Part shown: positions 1 to 12,400 of the stretch, one piece after another
Position numbering within the stretch: the stretch's first letter is position 1
Layout of the letters: the number at the start of each line of letters is the position of its first letter
NCBI GenBank assembly: GCA_951406725.2
Contig: OX597819.1
Location: 620,001 to 684,000, forward strand
Reading direction: 5' to 3'
Origin: Octopus vulgaris
Taxonomy: Eukaryota
DNA length: 64,000 nt
Position numbers and translations under genes: made by a program
Notes under the pieces: model-generated
Database searches by the model: none
Seen by the model: only the letters and a program-made list of their open reading frames with translations
Told to the model about the DNA's origin: nothing

Positions 1-1079
1 CCACAATCCTTTTGAAACTGTAAATCCCTTCCTTTCATTTTACTGTCACTCATTCAAACGCCTGCTACTGCCCAGTTTCTTTTCTCAGTTATAAGAGTCA
101 CTCTATAAAGTGGTTGGCATTAGAATGAGCATCTGGTTTTAGACATTGAAGCATGAAACAGTCCCCAGACTCACTCGTCAGATCCTATTGTACTGTCTAA
201 CCCATGCCATTATGGAAGCCAGACATTAAATTACATAATACATACACACAATATTTCACCACAATTGTCTTATGTCTAAGTTTACTTTTGGCTTCTAAAC
301 ACCAACCACTTTACAAGCATATTTGATGAGATCCCTTATGCATACCTGTCAAGATGCAAGATGGGTGGGAAGGTTAGAGTGGCAAGAATTAGGATTGTGG
401 AAGGGGATGGGGGCAAGGATCAAATAGGTCCTGTGGCGTCCCTAATTACAAAAGAAGCCATCTATGATGAATAGAAGTTCACTGTTATTCTTTGTCATAT
501 TAACAGCATAGAACAATAACATTAACTTTGTTGATACCAACTCAGATGAGAGCATCTCTGGTTCTATGATACAAACCTCTTGTTTCAAAGTGATCTAAAA
601 ACTTTCTATCAAAATTTCATATTTTGATGTTCCAAACACCAGCTTTAATAATGACAAAGTTATTTTACCAAATTCTTTATTATTTACGAAATTAAGTGAA
701 AGAAAGGTAGTGTAGTTCAACAAAAAACAGCATAAATGATAAAGGCTTAACCAATAGAGACTTGCATTACTGTAGCATGGATGGTAGATAAATAATAAAG
801 AGATGTGATAAGGATGTCAAGGGATGAAAGGCTACCAAAGCGACCAAGGATGTAGATTTGACAGTATGCAAATCATTACCATTTAATGCCTGTTTTCCAT
901 AGATTAGACAGTTAGACAGGAGCTGACCAGCCAGAGAACTGTCCAGGCTCCAATCGTCTGTTTTGGCATGATTGCTATGATTGGATGCCCTACCTAATAT
1001 TAACCAGTTTACAGTGTGCCTTTTATGTGCTACCATGCCACCAAAGACATGCCCTCTTCCTCTTCCCATAGGCTCCCAA

Positions 1080-3480
1080 ACGTTAAAAAAACCAACCATA
1101 AATGTAGATATGATGAAAAGTAGGCCTGGTGAGATTGTGGAGATGCTGGAGTAGAGATGAGTGGAAGTGTGCAAGAGGTAAGATAGAAAGGAGCCTCAAC
1201 AAAACTCCTCACAAGTAAGAGACAATATGAATTCTTCTGAGTGAGTAATAGAGGCAGTAAGGATGGGGTAGGAATACTGTTAGTTGAAAAATGGACAAAA
1301 TAATTGAGAGAGTCAAGGTATGCGATAGGACAAATAAGATGAAACTAGCTATAGACAACTCAACAGTGACATTCAATTCCTCATATGTCCAGCAGGCAGG
1401 ATTAACAGAACAAAAGAACTGCTTCTATGATATCCTGTTGTAGTTTACTCAATGACAACTGACAGTGACTTACTGTGACAAATGACTTCAATAGACATGT
1501 TGGCCAACACAATGATGGCTTCTGTGACATACAAAGCAGCTAGGGATATAGTTCAAGAAAGGAAGAGGGTGTAAGTCTTCTGAGTTCTGTGAATCAACTG
1601 ATCTAACAATTTGTAACATTTTAAGCCAACCAACCATTCCACCACCAGAAAGCAGGAACTGAAGGGCTATTGTAAATATCAATACCTTTCCTGGTGAAAA
1701 CTACAACATGGACTTGTGGCTAATGACTTCAGAGCTACGCAGACACAAGAAGTTGACATAGAGAAGGAAGATTTAAAAATGAAAAGATCCTGCAACTGGA
1801 ATAGGTTTAGAGAAATTCCAATCAATGCATATGATTGGGGAGAAAAAAATTTGAATGTCTATAGCATAGATGATGACAACTGGGAATTTCTATGAAATAA
1901 CCTGCTTAGGGTTACAGATCCGATATGGAGCTGGGGCAATGTCCCTACCAAACTAAAGGTAGTGGAGGTGGAATGACACAATTGATTGGGTAGTAAAGAT
2001 TAAAAGAAAGGCTTGGAAAACTCAGAAAGAGAGCGGCAGTAAAGAAAAGTATCAAATGCCTAGAACCTGCAGGGACTTGTAATTCAAAATAACAGCAGTG
2101 AGGTAGATAAATAGCTAAGGACACAAATGGAAGGAATGCAGTAGGCCCACCACAGATAGTTGTGGAGATGTTTAAAATATCTGGTGAAGTAGAATACATA
2201 ATTACCTTTTGGATAGCTAAATTAAGTTATACATGAAGGTGTCGTACTGAATTGTTGGCAGAACAGTATCACCATAAACTGTTACAAAGGCAAAGAAGAT
2301 GCCTTACTGAGAGAAAATTATAGAGGAATCAAATTACTGAATTCAGTAATGAAGGTCAGAGAGAGAAGTGTCATAGCACAATTGATCCATGACGAGTAGA
2401 CTAAGACAAAATGGAATTTGGTTTTGTACAAGGAAGAGATAACACAGATGCAATCTTCCTACTGAGGAAACTGCAGAATTACTCCTGGCATCCATTGACT
2501 TGGTGAAGGTGTTTTGGTCATTGAGGAAACAAGATGTAGATGAATGGCTTGTGAGGGGTGTACACTCTATGTACAAAGATACAGAAAGTCAGTCAACAAT
2601 TTCAGTGACAAATCTAGCATGAAGGTAGAAGTCTGCTCCAATTCATCATAGCCCTATGGGCCATCACAAGGGTGTTTAAAATTGTCTGTCCTTTGGAAGT
2701 ACTCTATGTTGATGATCTAATTCACTATAGTGAAATTAAAGAGGAAATTCTAGGTATGAAAGCTAAAGATAGAATTGGGAGACTTCAAGGTAAACCTAGT
2801 AAGAAGGAAAGAAGACAGGAGCCTGATATGTTCAGAGAAATAACTTGCTTGATATGCAGAAAAGGAGTAGGTATAAACTCTGTATATTGTACTTAATATA
2901 AGCAATAAAAGGTGGAGTGGAATCACAGGTAGACTAACAAAGAAAGTAAGCTTCATATGTGACAGATGTACTGGAGCAGTATGCACTGTAAGCAACCTGG
3001 AAATACATTCTCTTAAATGCTTGGATGGTTCAGTAGAAGTAGTTAATAGATTTCATTATTTAGGGGATGTAATTAGTGGGGGAGATGGTTGCTCTGAAAG
3101 TATAGTAGCCAAAGTAAGAACGGGTTGGAAAAAGTTTAGGAAGCTATTACTACTGCTGGCAACAAAGGTCTTTTCCCTTCGCGTTAAAAGCAGATTGTTT
3201 GCTTGTATTAGAACTGCAATGCTGTATAGTGGTGAGATGTGGGCCTTGAATGCAAAGGGCTTGAAAAGATTAGAAAGAAATGAAGATAGTACATTTTGAT
3301 GGGTGTGCAATGAAATGTAAAGAAAGTATAAATCTGTTGAGAGAAAAACTGAGCATAAGAGGAATCAGATGTAATGTGCAAGAAAAGATTGTGCTAGTGT
3401 TGACACGAGATATGAATAAGGACAGTTATATAAAGAAATGCCGATCACTTAATGTGGATGGAGAATGTGGCAGAAGGGAA
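1080..3480 (+). mobile_element. Degenerate RTE-clade LINE (APE endonuclease and RT remnants); boundaries approximate
   Basis: Frameshifted fragments: GVGILL, ENYRGIKLL, LYVDDL, EVVNRFHYLGD...VRTGWKKFRKLL; homologous to 28826-29488. Confidence 0.8.
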
Positions 3481-6054
3481 GCAGAAATTGTATGGAAGCA
3501 CCCGCCAAATAACCTTTTATTCATAGGGCAGGGCAAAACGAAAGTATAGGAGCATAGTTTATAGTAACCATTGGTCTGTCGATGCAATTGTAAATATGAA
3601 CAAGTGTCAAGTGCCCAAGGAGCAAGAAATATGAGGTTGGGAGGGGTTAGTATGGATTTAGAAGTTCTGATGACCTCTCAGACCTTCAAGGCTATTGTGG
3701 TACCGATTCTGAGGCAATCAACCATGATTAAGCAGAGGCGTCCGAAGGTAATTGTTCCAGCTAGTAACACCACCAGTAATACCAAGTATTATTGTGGTAA
3801 ACCTGCCTTGTCCTCAACCCCAGAAGCAAACAATGCAGAGACATCTCTCAGTCTAGAAACGTCAGGTTACCTTATGCAAAACCCTCTCTCATAAATTCAA
3901 CATCATCCACTAGCCCAAAGACAGTTAGAAGACTCGTCAGCGACGGAAAAAAACATTTTTTTAAATTTAAAAAAGCAGTTACACACGTAATCTTTTACCT
4001 TTTACTTGTTTCAGTCATTAAACTGGGCCATGCTGGGGCACCGCCTTGAATTTTTAGTCGAACGAATCGCCCCCAGTACTTGTTTTTTTTTAAAGCTTAG
4101 TACTTATTCTATCAGTCTCTGGTGCCGAACTGCTAAGTTACGGAGACATAAACATACCAACACCGGTTGTCAAGCGGTCGTGGGGACTAACACACGGCGG
4201 GCTTCTTTCAGTTTCTGTCTACCAAATCCACTCGCAAAGCTTTGGTTCATTGTATATTTCATGTTTCAAGCCCCTGTGGCTAATAAAGAAGCTACTACAA
4301 ATGAGAAACAGCAATCAAATGAATGCTAGATATCTTGAAGAGGTAAGAAATGAAGGTCAATCAAAATATCTTTGATCCCTCTATTTATCTGATAACATGT
4401 CAAATATATCGAATGCTTGTAATCTCAAATTTGATTCATTGAAGAAGGGGAAAGGGTAGCATTGTTGATTCCTTTCCAGTCAGCTTTGACTGAACAAAAC
4501 CAATGATTATAAGTGTTAGTTTTATCTTAGAAATACCGAGGTCTACATTATCTAATGTGCGATTTTTAAAAATTCAAAACAACCGAATAGGATGTAAATT
4601 GAGAGATATTTAGCAGCGACAATATAGTGGCCGTTCTCCTTGAGGGCTTTTGTAGAGAATAGAATTCAAGGAAACATCCAAGACACAAAGAGGAACAGGA
4701 CATAACATCTAGAACCAAGCAAACAAGAATTTGCCCAAATATTGCTATATAATAATGAATATAAATCATTACTATTATTATTACATCATTAGTAAGCAAT
4801 ATAAAAAACAAATTATTACATAATTAGTAATCAGTCACATACTATACACGCCTATTTAATATGAAAGTATCAAAAAGACTCAATACCACATCGTGATGTC
4901 GAATCAATTAATCTTGTGAAATAAACCAGGTTTATGTGTCTTGAGAAAGTAATGCCATATCAATACTGCACAAAACACAGCAGACGAACATTGATTCCAA
5001 TCTTTGATAGAAAAAATGAAATAATTAATTTTATCTTACAATAATCTTTCTCTCAAGACTACCTTAATGGTAAATGAAAAGATTTGGTAATCACACTGGA
5101 GACACAGGTTCAATTTTAGCCAAGTGAAATTACTCTAAATTAGATAAAGACGACTTAATCTAGAAAACAGTAGGAACCTTTAGGCGGTTGCTGCACTTGC
5201 TAGGAAAAACAGCCAAATCTCCCTCAGATTATAAGGCTATCGTTTTAAAAAGTGGGGTATTGGGCAGTGTAGTCCTTGATATATGAAAAGGGAGTAACCA
5301 CGGATGGAACACACAGCTCTACTTAGGGATAAACAACTAAGGAAGTTATTCACGAAAGGTAATGAAACTTTGAGCTGAGAGTAATAAGGTAAATAGAAGC
5401 ATTTCCATTAAAAAGGATCGGTTTGTCAATTTGGATCCAGTGTAGAAGGTCGAAAAGCCTAGATTTCACCAGACTTGTGAGAAGGGTAAACAAGAAGAAT
5501 ATGGTTAGGTCAATGTTAATAAGGGACTTCTTACTTGTTTAGTTAATTATCAATCAGAGATAGTAAAAAACCAAAAACTGAGGATAATAAATAAGGAAGG
5601 TGAGTGGAGTGTGTTTAATTACTGGCACGATTGGATACGATGCAAGTAAATATAATTAAAACTCACGAATTAGAGGGAAAGTGTGTGTATAATATATATA
5701 TATATATATACAGATATTTATTTATATTGGTTGGTGATTAGTAATCGGGTTGGTGTGGCAGGTGAGTTCGACCAGTTCTTTGGAGATATTTGCAGAGGAA
5801 AAAGATGAAAGAGAAAGGATAGACGAAATCCTGTTTGGACGAAAGAGAATTGTGAGCGAGAAACGGCAGCGACCGCTGCTACATTCGTAAGAGCTGAAGA
5901 GAAAGAAAGCAGCTAAGTGTAAAAAATAACGACGACGCTACTCGGCGACCAAGCCTGGCTTCGGCTGTCTTTTTGCCACCCGAGAGAGAGAGAGGAAGAA
6001 ATTAGAGAAAAGATATATATATGTGTACATACATACAAATCTGTCACGACATAC

Positions 6055-6225
6055 CTTCGGAGTCGATTCGTGCCTGTTAAGTCTGTCCGCATCGAGAGCG
6101 ATGTTGCCAGAATAACAAGTCCCAATATGGCGAATCGAGTGCGTTCCAGGGTAATAATGTCTGGTAGCGGCGAATAAAACCTCACTCATAACTTTCCTCT
6201 TACTTCGTGGGGGGGCTCCCGCCAT
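6055..6225 (-). CDS. Probable first coding exon of an unidentified divergently transcribed gene (MAGAPPRSKRKVMSEVLF...NRHESTPK)
   Basis: CpG-rich; start context ataATGGCG; 57 open codons ending at a phase-0 donor AAG|GTATGT. No downstream exon recognised in the window. Confidence 0.5.
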
Positions 6226-6229
6226 TATT

Positions 6230-7150
6230 CGTGTCGACGGAAAAACACGATAACACTCCGTTATTCTTACAAGTAATTATTATATTTTATTTATTTTTTA
6301 TCATTTACTATTTCATAAATACCAAAATAAGTGATAAATTAATAAAAATTACAATTTATTATCAAATTCTTATAAATTTTATTTTTAATTTTCATGTAAA
6401 AAAAAAATAATAATTTCCCGCCATTTAATTTTTATTTGTCTTGTAAAAGTTTAGAATGTAAAAAATTAAAATAAAGACACTTAAGAGGAAGAAAAATCTA
6501 TATAAAAAGTGCAGCAGTCAAAATCGATAACAGACTTCCAATATATTAACAGAAGCAACGAAAAATAACTTTCTTCGCATGTAAACAAAATTGAAATCGA
6601 GCTTCTAGAACAATAATAATTTTATTTAGGGGTGGGGTGTAACATAAATCCCGCGGTAAACGTGAGTGATGGTGCTGCAATATACACTCACTCATATGAA
6701 TAATTAGAATTTATTTTAAAAGTTTCTTAATAATTTTTGAAATATTCCTTTAAAATAATTAAGATAATTTCTGACTGAAAATTTTTTAATTAGGAAACAA
6801 AAAATATTCATAATATTTAGTTCGTAATTTAACCCAATACCGGAAGTGAATAATGATACGAATGAACAATTAAATTTCACAAAAATAATTATTGAAAAAA
6901 CTTCTGTACAACATACACGAAAATTTTAGATAGAATATTTGGTATTATATTCATTAATTGAAATTGAAAAAGAAAAGAAGATATCTGAAATTAAGTAACG
7001 TTTTTCAGCCCGTGCAGCAAAATCGTGATCCCCACATATGTAATCTGAAAGACGTGTATGTGTGTATATGGCTGTGTGTGTGTGAGTGTTTCTCTACGTG
7101 TGCTCTATGTGTGTGTGTGTGTGTGTGCGTGCGAGTACCACGTCTTTTAA
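6230..7150. promoter_or_regulatory. Putative bidirectional promoter
   Basis: Lies between two divergent first exons. Contains TTTCCCGCC (E2F-like, 6414-6422) overlapping GCCATTT (YY1-like), ATCGATA (DRE-like, about 6523), GGGTGGGG (Sp/KLF-like, about 6631) and CCGGAAGTG (ETS/GABP-like, 6840-6848). Confidence 0.55.
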
Positions 7151-7254
7151 GCGAAACTCTCAGCAAGGCCGGGTCTTCTTCTTCTCTCCACCGATTCTTC
7201 TTCTTCTTTATCGCCGGTCATTATTACAATTTCCAACCTGACTAAGTGTCAAAT
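7150..7254 (+). other. SRSF4/5/6: Probable non-coding first exon (5' UTR) of SRSF gene; start approximate
   Basis: CpG- and pyrimidine-rich segment ending in a consensus donor AAT|GTAAGT at 7255. The coding ATG (9445) directly follows an acceptor (tttgctttccag|ATG), so an upstream exon is required. Confidence 0.6.
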
Positions 7255-9444
7255 GTAAGTGTTTCACTCATTTCTAATTTCTATCACCAATTCATCGGTT
7301 TTGGGACAACTGGAAGGAAAGATTTTAATTTTTGTAGAATTTTGTTATTTTAATTTGTATTTTTTGTGTTTAAAAGAAAAAAAGGGAAAATATTTAATTG
7401 GAATTTTCCGATTCTTGATTACAACCAAATCTTTAATATAAATGAGTTGATGGAAATTATTTAATGTTGGTTTTCTAGAATGTATTTTAAAAACGGAAAT
7501 TAGGTTATTTGTCGGCTTTGGTGGTCGATTGGGAACTCGAAGCACCTCTCCTCCTCCGCAAACATCTTCCAAAACCAAAACCAAAAACTTTCGCCGGCGA
7601 ATTCTCTCCAACTTTTCCTCTTCTTCCAAACTGGACCCGGAATCTCTCCACAATCCTTGCATCTCCAATCACTTTTAAATTCATTATCAATTCCACTTCT
7701 TCTTCTTCTTCTTAATGTAAAAAGGATTTTAACAGAAACAAATCGCATTTCACTTGTGACATTCTTTTAAATAAATCCAGCATATTTCTTCTTAAATCTT
7801 TCTTCTTAAATCTTTCTTCTTAAATCTTTCTTCTTAAATCTTCTTAAACACAAACAGACTCAAAACTCCACGTATTTTGCTCCACTTTGAATAACTTTAT
7901 TTTTCTCTCCTCAATTGCTATAATTATCAAATTTTAATAATTCTGGTTCTCTTCATGGAATATTTCTCAAACCCATTCGCTTCTAATCTTTTCCTCTTTT
8001 TACCTTCCTCTCCAATTATTCTCTCTTAAATTAATCTTAATCAATTTATTTCACAAATACCCTTTCCCCCCCTCCTTAAATTAAAACTTTGACTTTTTTT
8101 CTTTCTATTTTCTAAATTCTAAAATGATTTTCCCGCTTGATGCAGTTTTTTTGTCTAAAATCCTCCGCTTTCTTCCTTCTTCGCCACAAAAGCCTTCCTT
8201 ATTTACGAACCATTTAAACACTAATTATACAATTTCGTTATGTAATCAGGCTTCATATTAATTCCCGAAACTATAAAAACTTCATTTTTCCTGGTTTTAA
8301 CCATAATTTGTGTATTTAAAAAAAAAAAATAACCTTTTCGATGGATTTTGCTTCGTTCTTTTTTCCCTTTCCGTGTTTAATAGTTTTACTTGTTTTTTTT
8401 TTTAATTGTATCTTTAACGATTAATCCTGTTTAAAGACGGAAAAGTTAGCAAACATTTACCTAATGTCGTTTAAATAACGAGCTTTTCTCCTTAATTTCC
8501 AGCGTGACTCGCCGCCGCCGCCGGATGACCTAAAAAAGGCCGCGTGCTGCGTTGACCCCATTTTCTGCTGAGTAATGGCGAGATTCTTTTAATATTAACC
8601 AAATAAAATACGTTTATTTCCATCGTTGTCGCTAGTAAAAGCTTTAAGCTCAAAAATTTGTTCTCTCACCTCCGAGCGAAAAATGAAATCACAATCGTTG
8701 GCAAAATCGGTGTCATTGAAATTTCGTATAAAGATAGTTTTGCTTTAGAATCCTTTTTGCCATTATGATTAAAAATTACTGGGATTTGTAGATGTTTTGG
8801 ATCAATCCACCAACTTTTAACTAATTATGATGGAGCATTACCGAGATAATTAACTCAAGCAAACCTACCGCTAGAAATGTTATTTTCACTTTTTTTCAAT
8901 TTTTCTATATTTATTTACTGTGAAAAATTAAGTCGACAAAATGTATTCTAATTTATTCGACTTTTACACTAATTCGCCGCTAACCATGTGTGGTTCTCCC
9001 CTCCCACCTGAAGTGTATGGATCATTTTCTCAGTGTTCTTTGGTTTTCTGTCTAGGCACAACTAAGTTTACCAGTAACTACTATTAAAGTTGGTGTAGGT
9101 ACCAGGCGCCACGTGTGACAGACAACCCTCCTCTCTAAGGCTGCTACTACAGAGTAATCTATCTGCCGAGACTCCTTCCTAGATCAACCGATTTAACGAT
9201 ACTCCAATAATAGTGAAGTGTGACTAACGAGATACACACAATCTCCATTCTCTTGATTGAACGAGTATCCTTCAGTCTCCTCCCTACAGCCGATATAAAC
9301 TACAATGGACGACGTGGCTACTTCTCGTGTGAGTAATTTTAAGCTGATAAATAGCTGGATTCTTATTATTTTTGGTTTGTTAAGATTTGATTCTCCTTTT
9401 AACAAGTTTCACCATAAGTAAATCTGTTCATGTTTGCTTTCCAG

Positions 9445-12400
9445 ATGGGAACTCGAGTGTATATTGGTCGTTTGTCTTACCATGCCAGAGAGAAAGATGT
9501 GGAGAGGTTTTTCCGCGGATTCGGTAGAATCAGAGATATCATGCTGAAAAATGGCTATGGATTTGTTGTAAGTGATTTCCCTGAAGTTTTGGTTTTCATT
9601 AATTAGTCATCGAAAACTCCTTGTAATTTTAGTGTTTCACCGTTACATTAATGTAATGTAAACAATTGCATTCCTTATAACGTTAACCCTTTTTCTTTCC
9701 TTTCGAATGATTTTTTTTTAATATACATCCCCCCCTTTTTTTAAAGGAATTTGAAGATTATAGGGATGCTGATGATGCAGTATATGAGTTAAATGGTAAA
9801 GAACTATGTGGCGAGAGGTAAGTCAAGGAAATTATTATAAATTAGTTCAAAGTTTTCTTTGAAATTTCCTATTTTTCTGAAAATATGTATTGTATCCTGT
9901 CTCTAGATTCTTCTTCCAAAGTGCAGGGCGATATTGTGTGAATTTTTTTTTGTCTTAGAGAAGGCTTTTGTGAGAAGAGATTAAATGCTAACAATATAGG
10001 TGAAATTTAGCTCTTAGAAATATTCTGTTCAGTCTAGTTTTTACTCACTTGCTTGGGTTGCAAAATGTTTTAGAAATTGGAATAGGGTATGCCAGTTAAA
10101 ACTGGATTGTTGGCAGATAGGCAATTAGAACTTTTGATAGTCTGGAGAAAAAGCAGTGCGTAGCTGCTTGATAGAATTTGTACTGGAAATGGCAAGTATT
10201 TTAAGATAAATGTATAGAGCTTCTATTGACAGTATTTACCTATGCAAAGTCCGTGATTATATTTAGTCAAACTTAAGTGATGTTCCTGGAAATGTGGTGC
10301 ATTAGGAAGTATGATTTGATGTACAACTCGTTAAAGACTCTTTAAAACGGTTTTCTTTTGAAATGTTTTATAATACATGTTTTCTTAAGTTGCTGATCTT
10401 TTTATCCAGAGTAATTGTGGAACATGCTCGTGGGTTACCAAGGAGTGAGGAAAGTTGGCGTGATAGAGATAGGGGTTCACGCTTTCCACCCCGTCGCCGA
10501 GGAGGCAGAGACAAGTGAGGATATCATTTTTTTTATGCTCTTTTTAAACAGCTTAGGTTGAAAAAGTGTTTTTGTGTAGTGGGTGAACAGATACAAGTTT
10601 TAAAAAGCTCAAGTATATTAATTGTAAGAAAATAATGAACTTAAAAATATGGTCTTGTGTAATGTATGCATGACTGCAGATTATAATCACCTTTGTAAAT
10701 TAAGCTATGAATTTGTAATTTTTAATGCTTTTAACAGCAGGTTAGTGAAAATGTGCCATTGTTCCCCCTGATCTTGATTGGGCTGCCAAAAGTCAAGGAA
10801 TAATTTCTGTGTTTACACAAAGCCATTGTTAGTATCATTCAAATGAATTAGGATGGCAGTCCCTGGGACAGAACATTCAAAATACTTTTGCAGTAGGAGC
10901 TTGCCTCTTTCAGTTTCTGATCATACACGAAATTTCAGATTTGTTGTGTTTCTCAATTCATAGCAGGTATGGGCCTCCCACAAGGACAGAGTTCAGACTT
11001 ATAGTCGAAAATTTATCATCTAGAGTCAGTTGGCAGGTATTTATGAATTTGATTTTTTTTCTTTTCTTATCTTATGTATTTCGACAGCGACAATTAATGT
11101 ATCTGCTGAACTAGGTTTGGGAATCTGTTTAGTAATTAATTTAATTTAGCAATTACTATCTACTTGTCCCATCTAGTTTGGCAGATTTTGTAGAGAATCT
11201 CTTAAAGCTTTAGTAAATGCTCTTTTATTTTTAAAATTGTAATATTTGTTTTTTCATATTTGTTGTAAATTCATATTGTGTTAATTAGGAAAATGCATGT
11301 TTAAAGTTGAAACTGCATTGTACTTGATTTTAATTATTTACTTAAAATTTCTTTTATTGAAAAGGAACCACTTTGTGGGTTGGTTTAAAGCTACTAGTGT
11401 AATTCTCTTTCCCTCCCCTCCTCTCTAAAAATGTACCAAAAACTGATCAGAATGGATTTGCAACTTCTATTGAGAACATTTGCCGATTGATTTAACTCGA
11501 GTTGTGAATTATCTAGCAATGTGATTAAGACGACCAGAAACAAGATTTCTTGTGAAGATGGAAACTCCAGTGTTGACAGCAAATGTCCCAGGAAAGGATG
11601 AAAGAAAAATATTTTATTTACGTCCCTTTTCTCCTTCGTTCTGGGCATTTTTTTGGGTGTGGAATATGTAGTTGTAATTATGTTTGCCAACTTCCCTAGA
11701 TTGTTTTGTATCCTATGTGGGCCCACTATAAATATTGATGCTAAATTGGCACTCTGCTTGATATTTAAAAATTGTATTTGATTTTCAAGCAAGATTTTTC
11801 CAATTTGGTTTCGCTTCTGTGGTGTTTTATCTTTTTAAAATAAGACAATTACACATCACAATAATTTTAATTTAATCTCACTTTAATTGTTTTAGTGTTG
11901 ATTATATTTATAGTGGGCCTAATTTTTGTTTATTTTCTACAGAATCCCTAATATTTGATTGACACGAGATTCTTTTATTCCAATGTCTTCATATTATAAA
12001 AGACAACTAATTAATGCAACTAAGGTGACTTATTAAATAAGGTTTAATTACCATTGCTTCAAACTTGGAATGTTGAATCTCTTGTTATTTTTAATATTGT
12101 GATGGTTATTACATTATGAAAAAGGGGCTTTTAAAGTGTTTGTTTTGTTCTTGTTTAAACAATCATAATAAAATTTAATATATTGAGACAAAATATCCAA
12201 TGGACTGACATCACTTTACATTTATTTGAATAGTTTTATTCAGCATGAATGTACAGTGATGACGGTTTCCTGTCTTAAATTGTAAAAGTTGCACGTGAGA
12301 GTGAATGCTTTAAATATGTGTGTGTATGGTATACATCTTTTTATCAGAGATACATTTTGCTTGAGGATGTAATAAAATATTTACATAAAAAGTATAGTCA

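Noticed and set aside
3790-3950. Possible further hammerhead (GAAACGTC on +, CTGACGAG on -)
   Set aside because: The two half-motifs are on opposite strands and I could not build a consistent core with stems.
7786-7848. 14-bp tandem repeat (TTCTTCTTAAATCT) about x4 in SRSF intron 1
   Set aside because: Ordinary slippage repeat with no supporting evidence of function.
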